Below, piece after piece: positions 38,749-51,573 of a stretch of 64,000 bases of DNA. The notes beneath the pieces were generated by a model that did no database searches, was not told the origin of the DNA, and worked only from the letters and a program-made list of their open reading frames with translations. This stretch comes from Eledone cirrhosa (taxonomy: Eukaryota). The position numbers were made by a program, and so were the translations under genes. The DNA lies in NCBI GenBank assembly GCA_964016885.1, contig CAXHJY010000861.1, positions 258,667-322,666 on the forward strand, in the 5' to 3' direction. Every line of letters begins with the position of its first letter. The first letter of the stretch is position 1.

Positions 38749-41700
38749 ATGCCAAAGTTAAAGTCAAATTCACCTCGTGGACGAGAATGCGAGCACTCCT
38801 CTTTGTTTCGCCCGCGGATGGCTAACATAACCCCATCTCCCCCCGCCCCCCACCACCCCCACCCTCCAAACGCAATCCAAAACTTCAGAGTTGGTACCAT
38901 AAATGTAGGCACCCTAAAGGGTCGCGCTGACGAGGTTGTAGAGATGCTTGAACGTAAGGAGGTCGATGTTTGTTGTATTCAAGAGACCAGGTGGAGGGGT
39001 GGGTCTGCTAGATTCATTGAGGGTAAAAAACAATGTTATAAGCTTTTCTGGGTGGGAAACGACGATGGGCTGGGTGGAGTAGGAATCATGGTAGCAGAAA
39101 AGTGGGCAGATAAGATAATAGACGTAAATAGAGTGAACGACAGAATAATTAAAATACGACTTGTCCTCAATAGAACTACGGTGACAGTAATATCTGCGTA
39201 CGCACCCCAATCCGGACTGCCCGGCACTATAAAAGACAGATTCTATGAGACACTGATGCTCACTACCTCCCAAATATCTGACAGTGACTATATAATTATT
39301 GCAGGCGACCTAAATGGTCACGTTGGACAACATTGTGACGGCTACGACGAAATCCATGGAGGCTATGGGTTTGGTACTAGAAATGAGGAAGGCTCCAGAA
39401 TCCTGGAATTCTGTGATGCAAATAACCTAACTATCTGTAACACTAACTTCAAAAAACGTGACAATCACCTGATCACCTATAGATCCGGGGAACACACAAG
39501 CCAGGTAGATTATATCCTTACCAGAAGACGTGACAGAGTGTCTGTTGTAAACACTAAATCCCTCCCCCATGAAGAATGCACCTCCCAACATAGACTGATA
39601 ATTAGCGACCTCATAGTCAGGACGAGACGTACTCGACAGCAGAAGAGGACTATCCTCAGGAGAAAAATATGGAAGCTAAAGGACCCCACAGCCAAAAATA
39701 AATTTCAAAACATATTACTTGATGCTTTCGACAGTAAGGAAGAACATTTAGAGTCGGACAATATAGAGGGACAGTGGGAATTTCTGAAAGCAAACCTGCT
39801 GTTGGCGACAGACGAAGTCTGTGGCTGGAGCAGGCCTGTAGGCAGGAGGAGAGTAACATGGTGGTGGAACAGTAAGGTGGAGGGGTCAATTAAGGCCAAA
39901 AAGCAGGCTTGGAAAGTATGGCGGGATGGGGGAAGTAGAGTAGACTATCAAGTGGCCAGGAGGGAAGCTAGGAGAGAAGTGTACTTAGCAAGAAGGGAAG
40001 CTGAGGAAAGAAAGTTCAAGCATGTTCTACAACGCGATGACCAAAAACGTGAGGTGTTCAGGATTGCTAGGCAATGCGTCAAGGAAAACCGTGATATTGT
40101 CGGGGAGAAGTGTGTACTTAACGATGATGGCATACTTGCCATCACCGACACTGATAAGAAGGTAGCTTGGAAGTGTCACTATGAAAGGCTACTAAATGAG
40201 GAGAATAAATGGGAGAAAGACAGTCTCCCCCATATCGACCCAATAGAGGGACCAGCAGTGTTAGTCGAGGGGAGTATAATAAGTAAGGCAATCAAGGATA
40301 TGAAGACAGGTAAGGCGGCTGGGCCTTCAGAAATAGTTGCTGAGATGCTGAAGGCATCTGGCACGGTGGGACACACCATGGTCACTCGCATAGTTAACCA
40401 TGTCGTACAGAATGGGGTTGTTCCGAAGGACTGGCATAGCAGCATCATCGTTAACTGTTATAAGGGTAAAGGAGACGCCCTAGATAGGAGTAACTATAGA
40501 GGCATTAAATTAATCGACCAGGTCATGGAGGTCACGGAAAAAGTAATAGCGCAACTAATCAGAGAGAGAATTGACCTAGATGAAATGCAGTTCGGGTTTG
40601 TGTCAGGCAAAAGTACCACAGACGCTCTTTTCATAGTACGACAACTACAGGAGAAGTTCCTAGCTAAAGGTAAACGCCTCTACTTAGCTTTTGTCGACTT
40701 GGAGAAAGCCTTCGACAGAGTCCCCCGCTCCATTATCTGGTGGGCTCTTAGAAAACTAGGCGTTGACGAATGGCTTGTGAGGGCTATACAAGCCATGTAT
40801 AAAGAAACAGTCAGCAAGGTTAGAATTAACAACGAATATAGTGAAGAGTTTAGCGTAAAAGTTGGCGTCCATCAGGGCTCTGTTCTCAGCCCCCTACTAT
40901 TTATTATTGCCCTTCAGGCTATAACAGAGGAGTTCAAGACAGGCTGCCCATGGGAACTCCTATACGCAGACGACCTGACACTCATAGCGGAATCAATGGC
41001 CGAGCTAGAGAAGAAATTCCAAACATGGAAGCACGGCCTAGAGTCAAAAGGACTTAAAATTAACCTGGCTAAGACCAAAGTTCTAGTTTGTAGGAAAGAA
41101 AACAAGGCGGCGGTCCCTTCTGGGAAATGGTCGTGCTCGATGTGTAGGAAAGGCGTTGGTAGAAACTCCATTTTATGTCCTAAATGCAAAGTATGGGTGC
41201 ATAAAAGATGTAGTGGGATCACAGGTAAGCTAACTAAGAACATAGATTTTACATGTGGCCGGTGTTCTGGTGCAATAAGTAGCAGCAAGTGCCCACAAAA
41301 TACTAGCTCTTTCAATTGCGCAGAGGGTTCTATAGAAATAGTGGACAGCTTCCGTTACCTGGGCGATAAAATCAGCAGTGGGGGAGGGTGCTCTGAAAGT
41401 ACTGTAGCTAGAGTCAGAACTGGTTGGAAAAAGTTCAGAGAGCTTATACCACTATTAGCTGCTAAAGGGTTCTCCCTAAAAATGAAAGGCAGGTTGTACG
41501 ATGCCTACATACGAACAGCAATGTTGCATGGCAGTGAGACCTGGGCATTGTGTGCAGAGGATATACGCAGACTAGAGAGGAACGAAGCTTGCATGCTCCG
41601 CTGGATGTGTAACAGTAATATACGTGAACGGCAAAGCAGAAACGAACTAAGGAAAAAATTAGAGATAAGAGGAATCAGATGTTGTTTACTCGAGAGAAGG

Positions 41701-41931
41701 CTACGTTGGTATGGACACGTGATGCGCATGAAAGTCGATAGCTGTATAACAAAGTGCAGGGCAATAAAGATAGACGGTAGCCACAGAATAGGCAGACCTA
41801 GAAAAACCTGGGACGAGCTGATAAACTCCGACCTCACACACTTACACCTCTCCAAGACAATGTCACTGGACCGAGACCTTTGGCGGTACTCAGTAACAGA
41901 GAAGACCCGCCTTGCCAGTAGGCATCTCTAA
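38749..41931 (+). CDS. Intact APE endonuclease-reverse transcriptase with internal PHD-type finger (~1060 aa)
   Basis: No stops; first ATG shared by all long copies at 38749; YADD 40963-40974; C4HC3 motif 41134-41265. Confidence 0.95.
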   Translation: MPKLKSNSPRGRECEHSSLFRPRMANITPSPPAPHHPHPPNAIQNFRVGTINVGTLKGRADEVVEMLERKEVDVCCIQETRWRGGSARFIEGKKQCYKLFWVGNDDGLGGVGIMVAEKWADKIIDVNRVNDRIIKIRLVLNRTTVTVISAYAPQSGLPGTIKDRFYETLMLTTSQISDSDYIIIAGDLNGHVGQHCDGYDEIHGGYGFGTRNEEGSRILEFCDANNLTICNTNFKKRDNHLITYRSGEHTSQVDYILTRRRDRVSVVNTKSLPHEECTSQHRLIISDLIVRTRRTRQQKRTILRRKIWKLKDPTAKNKFQNILLDAFDSKEEHLESDNIEGQWEFLKANLLLATDEVCGWSRPVGRRRVTWWWNSKVEGSIKAKKQAWKVWRDGGSRVDYQVARREARREVYLARREAEERKFKHVLQRDDQKREVFRIARQCVKENRDIVGEKCVLNDDGILAITDTDKKVAWKCHYERLLNEENKWEKDSLPHIDPIEGPAVLVEGSIISKAIKDMKTGKAAGPSEIVAEMLKASGTVGHTMVTRIVNHVVQNGVVPKDWHSSIIVNCYKGKGDALDRSNYRGIKLIDQVMEVTEKVIAQLIRERIDLDEMQFGFVSGKSTTDALFIVRQLQEKFLAKGKRLYLAFVDLEKAFDRVPRSIIWWALRKLGVDEWLVRAIQAMYKETVSKVRINNEYSEEFSVKVGVHQGSVLSPLLFIIALQAITEEFKTGCPWELLYADDLTLIAESMAELEKKFQTWKHGLESKGLKINLAKTKVLVCRKENKAAVPSGKWSCSMCRKGVGRNSILCPKCKVWVHKRCSGITGKLTKNIDFTCGRCSGAISSSKCPQNTSSFNCAEGSIEIVDSFRYLGDKISSGGGCSESTVARVRTGWKKFRELIPLLAAKGFSLKMKGRLYDAYIRTAMLHGSETWALCAEDIRRLERNEACMLRWMCNSNIRERQSRNELRKKLEIRGIRCCLLERRLRWYGHVMRMKVDSCITKCRAIKIDGSHRIGRPRKTWDELINSDLTHLHLSKTMSLDRDLWRYSVTEKTRLASRHL

Positions 41932-42562
41932 CAAAATACACCCCGTCCCGCCACCACCCCCACCCCATCCACACCACCCCGTTCTATGTAAAGATATGTT
42001 GGTGCCGCGCCATCCAGGCCGAAACAAATGAGATCGTGTAGGTGTCACGACAAAAAAACACACAGTCCACGCTGTAATGTGGCCGTGTAGGTAACACGGT
42101 AAAAACCTCCCAGACCCACACTGTAAATGTGGTTGGTGTTAGGAAGGGCATCCAACTGTAGAAAACCTGCCAGACAGTCCTATGCGAGCAAGACAATCAC
42201 TCTTGCCTCAAGTGGGACTACCCCCGTCCAAACCCATGCAAGCGTGGAACACGGACGTTAAACGTTGATGATGATGATGATGATGATATATACATATATA
42301 TATATATACATACATATATAAATAAATATATATATATATATACATACATATATACAAATATATATACATACATACATATATACAAATATATATACATACA
42401 TACAAATATACATATATACATATTTTAAAAAAATATATATACATACATACATATATACATATATATATATATACATACATATATACAAATATATATACAT
42501 ACATATATACAAATATATATACATACATACATATATACATATATATATATATACATATATAC

Positions 42563-42598
<36 letters not shown>

Positions 42599-43006
42599 GG
42601 TGGCTGCCAACTCGTTTTCGAGTACGGCCACTACTTTATATCCATGTAGGAGAACCGCTACTGATGCGCTGAACGAGTGTGACTTTTTAATCCAGCCTGC
42701 GACATGAAAACTCTGGTACAAACACTACACCTGTAACAATTATTGACACATAGTGCTGGGCCCATGGTACCATGTGACGACAAGTGCAGAGAGATCTCCA
42801 GATATAAAGCAATGCCTGTGCAGTGAAGCTTTTATAGTGAGCAAAGGCACTGCACAAAGCCAGTCCCACTCTCTTAACCAAGATGATATTTACCAAAAAG
42901 AAGAACAAGTCAACATCATTGGATACCATCAGAGTTGCAGGTGTTATATCAGAGTTTTCATTCTCCTAGAATTCTGCCTTGACAAAGGCTAAGGGGTCAT
43001 CTCTCC
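42599..43006 (-). mobile_element. Second, shorter copy of the 33828-34440 repeat
   Basis: High identity to 33828-34236; same left boundary. Confidence 0.75.
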
Positions 43007-43063
43007 ATATATATATATATACATACATACATATATACATATATACATACATACATATATACA

Positions 43064-43104
<41 letters not shown>

Positions 43105-43125
43105 ATACATATATACATATATACA

Positions 43126-43161
<36 letters not shown>

Positions 43162-43311
43162 TACATACATATATACATATATATATATATACATACATAT
43201 ATATATACATATATATATATATACATACATATATACATATATACATACATATATATATACATACATATATATATATATATACATACATACATATATATAC
43301 ATACATACATA

Positions 43312-43343
<32 letters not shown>

Positions 43344-43375
43344 CATATATACATATATATATATATACATACATA

Positions 43376-43551
43376 TCATCATTTTCATTTCATTTTACGT
43401 CCGCTTTTTCCCTGCTTGCAAGGGTGGGACGGGAACTGATGCTGGCTTGATTTCGACAGCTGGATGCCCTTCCTAACACCAACCTCATTTACAGTGAGTG
43501 CTGGGTGCTTTCTTGCTGTGGCACCTCCACGACCACTTTGCAGTGGAATGA
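43376..43551 (-). mobile_element. 5'-truncated SINE copy
   Basis: Reverse complement of 49317-49480. Confidence 0.85.
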
Positions 43552-43679
43552 TATGTATATATATATATATATGTATGTATATATATATATATATGTATGT
43601 ATATGTATAGATGTATGTATATATATATGTATGTATATATATATGTATGTATGTATATGTATATATGTATGTATGTATG

Positions 43680-43713
<34 letters not shown>

Positions 43714-43880
43714 CATACATATATACATATATATATATACATACATATATACATATATATATATATACATACATATATACATATATATATATATACATAC
43801 ATATATACATATATATATATATACATACATATATACATATATATATATACATACATACATACATACATATATATATATAT

Positions 43881-43913
<33 letters not shown>

Positions 43914-44092
43914 TATATACATACATACATACATATATACATATACATACATACATACATATATACATATACATACATACATATATATATACATACATAT
44001 ATATATACATACATATATACATATACATACATACATATATATATATATACATACATATATATATATACATATATATACATATATATATATAC

Positions 44093-44123
<31 letters not shown>

Positions 44124-44299
44124 GATATATACATATATATATATATACATACATGTATATATATATATACATACATATATATATATACATATATATATAT
44201 ACATATACATATATATATATACATATATATATATATACATATACATATATATATATACATATATACATATACATATATATATATACATATATTTTTTTT

Positions 44300-47200
44300 T
44301 TAATGACCATGCTGTAAAATGGAGGGGTAGAGAGGGCCCTTGAGTCTAGTAAGACATCCTCTCTAGTGCTGGTGGCACAAATAAAAGCACCCAGTCCATG
44401 CTGTAAAGTGGCGCTGGTGTTAGGAAGGGCATCCAACCAGTGTATCAATGCCAAAAAGCTTATCAGCACAGCAACAAAACAGCATAGAAAAATATGAAGA
44501 CGTCGCATCTCAGAGTTGCAACACTTAATGTTGGCACTCTCAGAGGTAGATCTGCTGAAATAGCGGAGATGCTGGAGAGAAGGCAGGTGGATGTGTGCTG
44601 CGTGCAAGAGGTGAGATGGAGAGGTGCCTCTGCGAGACTAGTCGTAGGCAAGCGTCTTAGCTATAAGCTATTCTGGGTAGGTAAGGATGATGGGTTAGGG
44701 GGAGTAGGCATTTTCCTGGCTGAGAAATGGATCAATAAGACAATAGAGGTAGTTCGAGTTAGTAATCGAATAATTAAGCTTAGATTAGTTGTAGGTAGGA
44801 GACTACTGACAATCATCTCGGTCTATGCTCCCCAAGCAGGCCTAGGCATAGATGAGAAAGACTGCTTTTATGAGCAACTTTTGCAAACAACCACAATGAC
44901 AGAGGACGGAGACATCTTTATGCTAGCAGGAGACTTCAATGGTCATGTTGGACAGCTCCAGGATGGTTACACTGGGGTACTTGGTGGGCACGGTTACGGT
45001 TCAAGAAATGAAGAAGGCGTGAGACTTCTTGAATTTTGTGATGCAAGTACATTGACTATTTGCAACACAAACTTCCAGAAACCTGCCAATCACCTAATAA
45101 CCTACAAATCTGGTGAGCACATAAGCCAGATTGACTTCCTGCTAGTTAGGCAGCGGGACAGGCAGATAGTGTCTAATACCAAGGCATACCCTGGGGAAGA
45201 ATGTACCCCACAGCATAGGTTAGTTGTTAGTGATATCTCAGTAAGCAAGGGATGGAATGAGACATATAGGAAGGTGTGGAGAAGAAAGGTCTGGAAGCTA
45301 AAAGACCTTTCACTAAAATTCAAATTTAGGAAAGCCCTTCAAGATGTATATGACGAAAAAGAAGACGATTTAGAGACGTATGACATAGATAATAACTGGA
45401 AGTTCTTACGTGACAACTTGCTGAAGGCTACTGATGAAACCTGTGGCTGGAGCAGAGCTCCAACCAGACAGAGAGTGACCTGGTGGTGGAACAGCAGTGT
45501 AGATAAGGCTATTAGAGACAAAAGACTAGCATGGAAGGCTTAGAATAAGGGTGGGAGTAGGGAAGAATATACAGCCACTAAGAGAGAAGCTAGACGTCAG
45601 GTGTACTTAGCACGCAGGGAGGCAGAGAGTAGGAGGTTTGCCAATGTTCTGCGACGGGAAGATCAGAGGCGTGCGGTGTTCCACATTGCAAGGCGGTGTG
45701 TCAATGCAAATCAGGATGTTGTTGGTGATAAATGTGTCCGGGATGATGCCGGTGTACTTAGTGTCACGAATGACCAGAAAAAGGAGGCCTGGAAATGTCA
45801 TTATGAGAGACTGATGAATGTGGAGAACGAATGGGAGAGAGAGAAATTACCCTTGGTAGATCCGACAGAGGGACCAGCTATTGAGATTGACGAATATAGG
45901 GTCCAAGAGGCGATTAGGGAAATGAAAAATGGTAAGGCGGCCGGACCATCGGGAATAGTTGCTGAGATGCTGAAGGCATCAGGGGACGTAGGCAGTAAAC
46001 TGGTTGCACGCATAATCAATCAGGCTATATATGGTGGTGTCATACCCAAAGACTGGTGCAGCAGTATTCTCATAAATTGCTACAAAGGTAAAGGGGATGC
46101 TTTGGAGAGGAGCAATTATAGGGGTATAAAACTGATAGATCAGGTTATGAAAGTGGCAGAAAGGATTTTAGCACAACTAATTAGAGAAAGGGTCAAACTA
46201 GATGATGCAGTTTGGTTTTGTGCCTGGGAAGAGTACAACAGATGCCCTCTTCTTGGTGAGACAAATGCAAGAGAGGTTCTTAGAGAAGAATAAGCCACTA
46301 TACTTAGCCTTTGTTGACCTAGAGAAGGCCTTTGATAGGGTACCCCGATCTGTCATCTGGTGGTCCCTAAGGAAGCTGGGTGTTGAGGAATGGCTTGTAA
46401 GGACAGTGCAAACTTTGTACAGAGGTACTCTCAGTAAAGTCAGGGTAGGAATGGAGTTTAGTGAGGAATTCCAGATACAAGTAGGAGTACATCAGGGTTC
46501 GGTCCTCAGCCCGCTCTTGTTCATTATAGTCCTCCAAGCCATAACAGAGGAGTTTAAGACTGGCTGTCCATGGGAACTTCTCTATGCTGACGATCTGGCT
46601 CTTATGGCAGAATCAGTAGAGGAGCTAGAGAATAAATTCCGGCTATGGAAACAGCAGTTGGAAGCAAGAGGACTGAGAGTAAATCTAGCTAAGACAAAAG
46701 TGTTGATGAGTAGAAAAGAGGACAAAACCCTGATTCCGTCAGGGAAATGGCCATGTTCGATATGCAGAAAAGGAACAGGCATAAATTCTATAAAATGCAC
46801 ACAATGTAGGTCCTGGGTACACAAGAGATGTAGCGGGATAGCAGGCAAACTAACAGGTAGGGAGAAATATGTATGCAGTAGATGTACAGGGAAATTAGAC
46901 AGTAGAAGTCGCACTGATAGACACATTTTTCAAATGCGAGAGGGCGCTATAGAAGTGGTGGATAGCTTCCGGTACCTAGGAGATCAGATTAGCATGGGAG
47001 GAGGGTGTTCCGAGGCCATAGTATCTAGAATAAAGACGGGTTGGAAGAAGTTTAGGGAGCTGCTTCCTCTGTTGACGAAGAAGGGTTTCTCCCTGCGTAC
47101 GAAAAGCCGGTTGTATGATGCCTGTGTGAGGAGCGCGATGCTGCATGGTAGTGAGACATGGGCAGCTACCGCGGAAGATATGCGACGGCTGGAGAGAAAT

Positions 47201-47579
47201 GAGGCAAGCATGCTCCGTTGGATGTGCAGTGTAAATGTGCGTGAACGACCCAGCATAAATGTGTTGAGAGAGAAACTGTGTCTGAGAGGGATAGAATGTA
47301 GTGTACGGGAGAGGAGACTGAGGTGGTACGGACATGTGATGCGCATGGAGGATGACCGATGGGTGAAGAAGTGCCAGGAAATGCCAGTTGAAGGAAGACG
47401 TGGTAGAGCTAGACCACGAAAAACATGGGCGGAGGTGGTGAGAACAGACCTCAGATCATTGAAGCTCACGGTGGAGATAACGAGGGACCGTGACGAGTGG
47501 AGAGATGCTGTGCTGAATAAGACCCGTCCCACCCTTGCAAGCAGGGAAAAGCGGACGTAAAATGATGATGATGATGATG

Positions 47580-47580
<1 letters not shown>
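44300..47580 (+). mobile_element. RTE family C LINE, full-length, one stop and one frameshift
   Basis: ORF 44494-47560 broken at 45541 (TAG) and ~46203; PHD-like CSIC..CTQCRSWVHKRC..CSRC; ORF ends directly at the (ATG)n tail. Confidence 0.95.
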
Positions 47581-47610
<30 letters not shown>

Positions 47611-47673
47611 CATATATATACACATATATATGTATACATATATATATATATACATACACATATATATATATAC

Positions 47674-47704
<31 letters not shown>

Positions 47705-48003
47705 CATATATATACATATATATACACATATATATACATATACATATATATATATATACATACACATATATATATATACACATATATATATATATACATA
47801 TATATACACATATATATACATATACATATATATATATATATACATATATATACACATATACATATATATATATACATATATATATATACATATACATATA
47901 TACATATATATATATACATATATATATATACATATATATATATATACATATATATATATACATATATATATATACATATATATATATACATATATATATA
48001 TAC

Positions 48004-48050
<47 letters not shown>

Positions 48051-48454
48051 CATATATATATATACATATATATATACATATATATATATACATATATATA
48101 TATACATATATATATATACACATATATATATATACATATATATATATATACATATATATATATACACATATATATATATACATATATATATATACATATA
48201 TATATATACACATATATATATATACATATATATATATACATATATATATATATACATATATATATGTATATATATATATGTATATATATATATGTGTATA
48301 TATATATATGTATATATATATATGTATATATATATATGTGTATATATATATATGTATATATATATATATGTATATATATATATGTGTATATATATATATG
48401 TATATATATATATGTATATATATATATGTATATATATATGCATATATATATATG

Positions 48455-48485
<31 letters not shown>

Positions 48486-48496
48486 GTATATATATG

Positions 48497-48564
<68 letters not shown>

Positions 48565-48583
48565 CATACATATATACATATAC

Positions 48584-48616
<33 letters not shown>

Positions 48617-49106
48617 CATATATATATATACATATACACATATACATATATACATATATATATATACATATACATATATACATATACATATATATACATA
48701 TATATATATACATATATATATATACATATATATATATACATATACATATATACATATATATATATACATATACACATATATATATATACATATACATATA
48801 TATATACATATATATATATACATACATATATATATATACATATACATATACATATATATACATATATATACATATACATATATATATATATATATATATA
48901 CATATACATACATATACATATATATATATATATATATATACATATACATACATATACATATATATATACATATACATACATATATACATATACATATATA
49001 TATATACATATATACATATATATATATATACATATATATATATACATATATATATATATACATATACATATATATATATACATATATATATATATACATA
49101 TACATA

Positions 49107-49144
<38 letters not shown>

Positions 49145-49151
49145 CATATAT
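47581..49151. repeat. (TA)n/CA array with an internal opposite-polarity block (~48265-48512)
   Basis: Directly visible. Confidence 0.98.
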
Positions 49152-49492
49152 GGAGGCACATGGCTTAGTGGTTAGAGCATTGGCCTTGCAATCGAAAGGT
49201 TGTGAGTTCAATTCTCAGACCGGGTGATGTGTTGTTTCCTTGAGCAAGACACTTTATTTCACATTGCTCCAGTTTACTCAGCTGTAGAAATGAGATGATA
49301 GGGACTGAGTTCCCTATCATTCCACTGCAAAGTGGTCGTGGCGGTGCCACGGCAAAAAAGCACCCAGCACTCACTGTAAATGAGGTTGGTGTTAGGAAGG
49401 GCATCCAGCTGTAGAAATCAAGCCAGAATCAGTTCCCGTCCCACCCTTGCTCGCAAGGAAAAGTGGACGTAAAATGATGATGATGATGATGA
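49152..49492 (+). mobile_element. tRNA-derived SINE with CORE-like domain and RTE-derived tail
   Basis: A box TGGCTTAGTGG 49161-49171; B box GAGTTCAATTC 49204-49214; TCCTTGAGCAAGACACTT CORE-like segment; 3' end shared with RTE-C. Confidence 0.88.
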
Positions 49493-49569
49493 TATATATA
49501 CATATATATATATATACATATACATATATATATATATATATACATATATATATACATATATATATATAC

Positions 49570-49614
<45 letters not shown>

Positions 49615-49629
49615 CATATATATATATAC

Positions 49630-49660
<31 letters not shown>

Positions 49661-49661
<1 letters not shown>

Positions 49662-50936
49662 TCAGGTTTGAGGTTCACCACTGTATAGAGCTGGTCTATT
49701 CCGTATGGTCAATCGTAATGCAATAATATAGAGAGTACTCAACGTAAAGCAGTTCAACCGTCTTTGTTTTTGTAGTTGGTGGTGCTATTACGGAGTTAAA
49801 TATTATAATGAAATGACAGGAGGCTGGATTTGTGTAAATACTTGAAAGGTTTATTATACTATGACCGGGTTCCGTATGAATCCGGTGATATCATCAGGTA
49901 TTCGAAATATAATACGTGAATGTAATAGGTAAAATCCATGGGGCTGAAAATCGAGACCCGAGGGCGACCGCTATTCTGTTCCTTCAACCTCAGCCGGTCG
50001 CCCTGGAGTGACGTGGCTAAATTTTATAGTATGCTACTACCGGTCAGATGAACGAAAACAGAAAGGGATGGGAGCATAGGTTAACGTCGATCCCATGACA
50101 CAAGGTAAAAGAAAGAAAGAAAGGAAGGAGAGAGAAGAAGGGGGAAGAAAGAAGAAGAGAAGCCAGGGTTAATGTCAGCTAAAAGAGGAAGGCAACTACT
50201 ACTGGTCAGATATAGGCAAGCAAGAGGGGGAAGGAAGATAAGTCTGCGGGAGGAGGGGAGAAGAGAAGGAAGGCAAGAGAGAAGTAGAAAAGTAAGGGTT
50301 GATGGCTACAAGAAGGAAGATAGAAGGAAAGAGGAAGAAAGGTCGATATTAATGTCAGACCACAGTCAAGCCAGGAGTGGCGCGAGAAAATTTTCACAGG
50401 GACCCGCATCTTAGCGGAGGTGAATATATTGGGAGTCAGTGTTTTACAGTGTTTAGACTTCTAGGATGAAGTTAAACAAATTAATAATCAATATTCAATA
50501 TTAAAGAGGTTAGAAAATTTAAAGTTCAACAGTTTAACATTTAATTATATAATAGTTCCGATTTGTTCTGTAATTTAAAGGTACTATTTGGCGGTTAAAA
50601 CAACGGCCGCGCCCCGGGCCCCATGGCGAATTAAGCCACGCCGAGTATTTTCATTTACTGAAAGAAGGGGAAATTTATTTTTCCAAGCACTCCAGGTGAG
50701 CTCGTTCGCCAGGGAGCTGGTCGCGCCACCATTAAAACCCACCCAACAGTCCGACAGAAAGTTGGAACTTTAAAATTTTGCTTAGAGAAGTAAAAGAGTA
50801 ATGGTTGATAGCTACAAGAAGGAAGATAGAAAGAGAGAGGAAGGAAGGTCGATATTAATGTCACACCACAGTCGGGCCAGGAATGGCGCGACAAAATTTT
50901 CACAGGGACTCGCATCTTAGCAGAGGTGAATATATG

Positions 50937-51001
<65 letters not shown>

Positions 51002-51041
51002 GTATATAAGTATATATATATATATATATGTATATAATGTA

Positions 51042-51075
<34 letters not shown>

Positions 51076-51121
51076 TATGTATATATATATATATATGTAT
51101 ATGTATATATGTATGTATATG

Positions 51122-51159
<38 letters not shown>

Positions 51160-51325
51160 AGGGGTCAGCCCCATGGATTTTACCTATTACATTCACGTAT
51201 TATATTTCGAATACCTGATGATATCACCGGATTCATATGGAACCCGGTCATTGAAATGATCATAGTATAATAAACCTTTCAAGGATTTACACAAATCCAG
51301 CCTCCTGTCATTTCATTATAATATT
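49661..51325 (-). mobile_element. Non-coding element with ~150-bp hammerhead-containing inverted repeats (probable PLE derivative)
   Basis: 49799-49947 is the inverse of 51165-51325; internal direct repeat 50277-50427 / 50784-50934. Confidence 0.7.
51211..51268 (+). ncRNA. Type I hammerhead with palindromic stem III
   Basis: AUAC-CUGAUGA-..ACCGG..CCGGU..-GAAA-UGAUCA-UA^-GUAU. Confidence 0.8.
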
Positions 51326-51375
51326 ATATATATATATACATATACATACATATATATACATATACATACATATAC

Positions 51376-51461
<86 letters not shown>

Positions 51462-51573
51462 ATATATATACATATACATTTTGAGTTTATGTTGGTTGTA
51501 TACCAACACCTCAGTATGCAGGCTGGAGCACTCGACGAAGTGCGCAGGTTGGTTTGGTTACTCCGGAGTAGTG

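Larger units (their letters stand above)
37990..42287 (+). mobile_element. Full-length RTE family A LINE
   Basis: ~750-bp 5' region, single ORF, ~350-bp 3' UTR, (GAT)n tail, TA flanks. Confidence 0.96.

Noticed and set aside
8945-47335. Recurring antisense ORFs (MLCRSRILLL.., MKELVFCGH.., MGSVWSADH..)
   Set aside because: Shadows of repeated RTE sequence; they recur because of DNA identity and show no independent motifs.
49152-49225. tRNA gene
   Set aside because: Acceptor and anticodon stems pair poorly, and it continues into a SINE body and tail.
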